Shown one piece after another: positions 62,701-64,000 of a DNA stretch of 64,000 nt. Numbering within the stretch: the stretch's first letter is position 1; each line of letters begins with the position of its first letter. The notes beneath the pieces were generated by a model, which saw only the letters and a program-made list of their open reading frames with translations, did not search any database and was not told the origin of the DNA. This DNA is from Mizuhopecten yessoensis (Eukaryota): NCBI RefSeq assembly GCF_002113885.1, contig NW_018408899.1:1904453-1968452 (forward strand), read 5' to 3'. The position numbers were made by a program, and so were the translations under genes.

Positions 62701-63082
62701 AGTAATTACATGAGAAGGGCAAAACTTGGGTTTGACAAATATGGTACTTACCAGTGAAAGGCACATGTTTGACCAGGCAAAAGTTGTCCAGTATACAGTG
62801 TCATTTGTCTTCAAAGTTAAAAGTATTTGGGTTTTTTCAATGACAAGGTTGAAATGTCCTCTTAAAAAAAGGTGTGATCTATCTGTTCATTCTGCTGAAA
62901 ACGTCTTTTGGTATTAACAGTGCGAGAAGTACGGATACCAGTTTGACAATGTGATTCGTTACTGGGACCTGAAATACTACATGACGATGTCAGAGGAGAA
63001 AAAGTATGCTGTGGATCAAAACAAACTCAAGGAATACTTCCCAATGCAAGTCGTCACCAGTGGATTACTGGATATCTACCAG
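53450..63082 (+). CDS. THOP1: Thimet oligopeptidase/neurolysin (peptidase M3A), 5' part: first 9 coding exons; gene continues beyond the window
   Basis: Exons 53450-53725, 55868-56007, 56985-57100, 57478-57609, 57841-57878, 58790-58902, 60410-60464, 62293-62457, 62921-63082 splice in frame with GT-AG. Motifs: [115 protein letters not shown]. The invertebrate gene is probably co-orthologous to THOP1 and NLN. Confidence 0.93.
53830..53967. mobile_element. MITE-like inverted repeat in THOP1/NLN intron 1
   Basis: aggtgtttgaaattctgactgtaaattgagat / atctcaatttacagttataatttcaaacacct. Confidence 0.65.
55100..55185 (+). mobile_element. tRNA-derived SINE head
   Basis: A-box TAGCTCGGTGG and B-box GGTTCGACCC at tRNA-like spacing, without a complete cloverleaf. 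Confidence 0.6.
55868..56007 (+). CDS. THOP1: THOP1/NLN exon 2
   Basis: [46 protein letters not shown]. Confidence 0.93.
56985..57100 (+). CDS. THOP1: THOP1/NLN exon 3
   Basis: [38 protein letters not shown]. Confidence 0.93.
57478..57609 (+). CDS. THOP1: THOP1/NLN exon 4
   Basis: [43 protein letters not shown]. Confidence 0.93.
57841..57878 (+). CDS. THOP1: THOP1/NLN exon 5
   Basis: [12 protein letters not shown]; ttttag| and |gtatg. Confidence 0.9.
58558..58698. mobile_element. Palindromic MITE-like element
   Basis: gtaggtatg...tatgaatattctacccgagggtgtagaa / ttctacacccttgggtagaatatattcata...catacctac. Confidence 0.7.
58790..58902 (+). CDS. THOP1: THOP1/NLN exon 6
   Basis: [37 protein letters not shown]. 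Confidence 0.93.
59968..60304. mobile_element. Possible hAT-like MITE
   Basis: Imperfect TIRs catagctgtcaaccct / agggttgacacctac; no clear target-site duplication. Confidence 0.45.
60410..60464 (+). CDS. THOP1: THOP1/NLN exon 7
   Basis: [18 protein letters not shown]. Confidence 0.9.
61105..62252 (+). mobile_element. HINE-like element in THOP1/NLN intron 7 with ~120-130-bp tandem array
   Basis: 5' subTIR/hairpin GGGCCCCGT...ACGGGTGCCC, tandem units rich in caaggtca, 3' subTIR CGGGGCCC, hairpin ACTGAC-GTCAGT, and CTAG|T terminus. Confidence 0.78.
62293..62457 (+). CDS. THOP1: THOP1/NLN exon 8
   Basis: [55 protein letters not shown]. Confidence 0.93.
62921..63082 (+). CDS. THOP1: THOP1/NLN exon 9
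   Basis: [54 protein letters not shown]; donor CAG|gtaagt. Confidence 0.93.
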
Positions 63083-64000
63083 GTAAGTCGTCACCAGTGG
63101 ATTACTGGACAAATACCAGGTAAGTCATCCCTAGTGGATTACTACTAGATATTTACAAGGTAAGTCATCACTAGTGGATTACTGGATATCTACAAGGTAA
63201 GTCGTCACAAGTGGATAACTGGATTTCTACCAGATAAGTAGTTACCAGTGGATTACTGGATATCTACCAGGTAAGTCGTCACCAGTGGATTACTGGACAA
63301 ATACCAGGTAAGTCATCCCTAGTGGATTACTACTAGATATTTACAAGGTAAGTTATCACTAGTGAATTACTGGACATATACCTGGTAAGTCGTCACAAGT
63401 GGATTACTGGACATATACCAGGTAAGTCATCACTAGTGAATTACTGGACATATACCAGGTAAGTCGTCACAAGTGGATTACTGGCCTTGAACCTGGTAAG
63501 TCGTCACAAGTGGATTACTGGACATAAATCAGGTAAGTCATCACTAGTGAATTACTGGACATATGCCAGGTAAGTCGTCACAAGTTGATTACTGGACATA
63601 TACCAGGTAAGTCGTCACAAGTGAATTACTGGGCATATACCAGGTAAGTCGTCACAAGTGGATTACTGGACATATACCAGGTAAGTCGTCACTAGTGGAT
63701 TATTGGACATATACAAGGTAAGTCGTCACTAGTGGATTATTGGACATATACCAGGTAAGATGTCTCTAGTGGATTACTGGACATATACAAGGTAAGTCAT
63801 CACTAGTGGATTACTGGACACATACCAGGTAAGTTGTCACAAGTGAATTACTGGACATCTACAAGGTAAGTTGTCACTAGTGGATTACTGGTCATATACA
63901 AGGTAAGTTGTCACAAGGGAATTACTGGACATATACCAGGTAAGACGTCTCTAGTGGATTACTGGACATATGCAAGGTAAGTCATCACTAGTGGATTACC
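63048..64000 (+). repeat. 37-bp minisatellite derived from the exon 9/intron 9 junction of THOP1/NLN
   Basis: Unit aagtcgtcaccagtggattactggatatctaccaggt, at least 25 copies, running off the window end. Confidence 0.95.

Noticed and set aside
63048-64000. 37-bp periodic array resembling a CRISPR repeat length
   Set aside because: No unique spacers, eukaryotic intron context, and the unit derives from the adjacent exon.

Overview
AT-rich, intron-rich animal genomic DNA. The repeat families and intronless nAChR-like genes point to a bivalve mollusc (inference). Two spliced housekeeping genes lie head-to-head. The first is a complete 14-coding-exon ZNG1/CBWD (COG0523 zinc-metallochaperone GTPase) on the minus strand (12985-42741, 360 aa when spliced by hand). 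The second is the first 9 exons of a thimet oligopeptidase/neurolysin (peptidase M3A) gene on the plus strand (53450 to the window end). The 16.5-kb fifth coding intron of ZNG1 holds, on the opposite strand, two ~92% identical single-exon Cys-loop receptor genes that lack the canonical acetylcholine-binding residues. They sit in a three-unit tandem array whose middle unit has lost its gene, bounded by ~48-50-bp minisatellites. Between the two housekeeping genes is a nested transposon stack: a CR1/L2-type LINE with a degenerate 2A-like motif, split by a Mag-type Gypsy LTR element and a Helentron-type non-autonomous element. The window starts with a ~4.8-kb tandem segmental duplication. It ends in a 37-bp minisatellite made from the last coding bases plus the 5' splice site of a THOP1/NLN exon. 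All exon structures and alignments were done by eye.
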